A DNA stretch of 32,182 nucleotides from a virus (Duplodnaviria > Caudoviricetes): the IMG/VR virus record IMGVR_UViG_3300031228_000023, positions 1 to 32,182 of that record. One strand, written 5' to 3'. Each line of letters begins with the position of its first letter. Within the stretch, counting starts at the first letter, position 1. The position numbers were made by a program, and so were the translations under genes. The notes under the pieces are model-generated. The model saw only the letters and a list, made by a program, of their open reading frames with translations. It was not told the DNA's origin and searched no databases. Below are positions 30,602 through 32,182 of this stretch, piece after piece.

Positions 30602-32181
30602 GGTGCGCCGCCTACGCGGGAGAGCTTCGCCAGCTTCGGCCCGGTGGCGGAGAGGTTGTCCATGTCCGGTTCGCCCTCGGGGTTCTCGTTCGCGGCCAAG
30701 CCACCGGCGAATGGGTCCAGGAGACGGATGGCCATGGCGATAGCATCCGGTCCGTCCTTCTTGGCTTCCTTCTTGCCCCAATCCCGGAGCTGGCCCAGAA
30801 GGGTCTGGTAGGGGCGCTCCATCGAGAAGTGCCCCGTCCGTACCCGGGGGCTGAGGAAGCCCTGCACCCGCATAATCTTGGAGGGTTCGTGCCGCCCATG
30901 GAGGATCGGGATCACCTCGAAGTACGCGCGCTGGCCCCAGGTCTTGGACTTCTCGTGCTGCTTGGAGGTGATGAGGGAGATAAGGGCGCGCTGGTAGGCG
31001 ACTGCCTCGACCCCATGGCGGACTTGGTCGAAAGGAAGGTCCAGGCAATGGGCAAAGTGGAGTTCGAAGAACTTCTCCGCCTGGGCGTCGAACTCCATCC
31101 CAACCTCCGCGTGGAAGTCGATGACGTGGATGTCGCCGAACTTGCCCATGCCGACCGCAGCCAGGGTGCAGTAGTCGGCCTTGGGGTTGGCAGAGATGGC
31201 GGGGTCGCAGACCACGGACTTCGCGACGAACCACTCGGACGGACGGTTGACGTAGATGATCTTGTCCAGGGGGAACTGGACCCCGTCGGTGATCGGGAGT
31301 TGGGACATGTATTCGTAGTCGAAGGCATCGAGCTTGCCCATACGCTCGAACTCCGCCCGTTTGGCTTGGAGGCCGGCCATAGACAGCTTCGCGCCCCAGA
31401 GCATATCCCCCTGCCGGTCGATGGCACCGAACCGCACACGGTTCCAAGAGGAGTCGGTCATCAGCTGGGCGAGGATCGCCTGAGGTCCCAGGAGGGTCCC
31501 GATGACGTCGACAGCCATTTCCAGTTCCAGGGCTTCGAACTCTTCACCGGCGGGCAGGAGGGTCCCGATGAACCAGTCGATATCTTTCTCGATCTGGGCG
31601 GGGGACGCCATGGACTCCTTGGATTGGAAGTCGTCCACGACTATCCGGGTCGGCCGCTGCGCGTCCTTGGAGATACCGCGAACCTGTCCGCCGGACCCCA
31701 GCGCCGCGAGGATGCATTTCTTGCGGGGTTCGCCCGGCTCCGGCTCGGGACCGAGTACCTCGATGAACGCGTCCGTCCACTTCTCCGACTCCTGGCGGCC
31801 GGGCTTACGGTCGCCGAACACCGCAATGAGGAGGGTGTTCTCCTGGAGTTGATTGCGGACGGTCGAGACTTGGTTGGCAGCGTGGCCGGCTGTCTCACTG
31901 GTGTAGAGGATGAAGTCTTCCGTGCCGTAAACTACGTCGCGGAGGTTCAGCGCGTTGAGGAGGGTGGTCTTGGAGAAGCCCCGAGGAACCATGAAGGCAT
32001 TGCGCTTCTTGGGGGAACGGATCGTGCAGGAGGCAATGGTGCCATCGGGGTTGAAGCCAAGGTCGAACATAGGCTCCAGCACGGCGGGTTCGATGGTGAC
32101 CCCGTCCTTGACCACCGCCGGCTTGACCTCGATCACGAAGTTGGTGACGATCTTGATGAGGTCGTCGACCGTCCACTCGCT
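30598..32181 (-). CDS. terL: Terminase large subunit, 5'-truncated by the window edge
   Basis: VPRGFSKTT Walker A-like, GQVRG, RIVVDD Walker B, VIGT coupling motif, nuclease motifs VVCDPA, GVEAVAYQ and KDGPDA. The frame stays open to the window end. Confidence 0.92.
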   Translation of the reverse strand, partial: SEWTVDDLIKIVTNFVIEVKPAVVKDGVTIEPAVLEPMFDLGFNPDGTIASCTIRSPKKRNAFMVPRGFSKTTLLNALNLRDVVYGTEDFILYTSETAGHAANQVSTVRNQLQENTLLIAVFGDRKPGRQESEKWTDAFIEVLGPEPEPGEPRKKCILAALGSGGQVRGISKDAQRPTRIVVDDFQSKESMASPAQIEKDIDWFIGTLLPAGEEFEALELEMAVDVIGTLLGPQAILAQLMTDSSWNRVRFGAIDRQGDMLWGAKLSMAGLQAKRAEFERMGKLDAFDYEYMSQLPITDGVQFPLDKIIYVNRPSEWFVAKSVVCDPAISANPKADYCTLAAVGMGKFGDIHVIDFHAEVGMEFDAQAEKFFELHFAHCLDLPFDQVRHGVEAVAYQRALISLITSKQHEKSKTWGQRAYFEVIPILHGRHEPSKIMRVQGFLSPRVRTGHFSMERPYQTLLGQLRDWGKKEAKKDGPDAIAMAIRLLDPFAGGLAANENPEGEPDMDNLSATGPKLAKLSRVGGAP

Positions 32182-32182
32182 G

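Overview
This window is an internal ~32 kb piece of a GC-rich tailed dsDNA phage genome with podovirus-like organisation. A two-component spanin shows the host is Gram-negative. Two operons converge at ~9,022. The + strand arm (1-9,024) is a replication/nucleotide module: XRE-type HTH protein, a 60-aa hyper-acidic protein, MazG-like NTP pyrophosphohydrolase, Sak4/AAA_24-like ATPase with a DUF669-like SSB, a UDG-like/3'-5' exonuclease protein, RNase HI, a family A DNA polymerase and a DUF3987-like P-loop helicase. The - strand arm (32,182 to 9,021) is morphogenesis and lysis: terminase, portal, scaffold, major capsid, tail and tailspike proteins, adaptor, nozzle, three ejection-type proteins, holin, GH19 endolysin, spanins and a small membrane protein. 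No integrase, RNA polymerase, primase, tRNA or CRISPR array was seen. Main observations: (1) the PolA is split inside its proofreading domain across two genes with RNase H between them; (2) both halves carry sharply bounded patches of T-ending codons that coincide with open +1-frame ORFs with ribosome-binding sites, the same signature seen at the known Rz/Rz1 overlap, suggesting hidden overprinted genes in the replicase; (3) a candidate DNA-mimic protein and a three-way-junction RNA in the early arm. All family calls come from reading motifs by eye, and counts are hand counts; no database searches were run.
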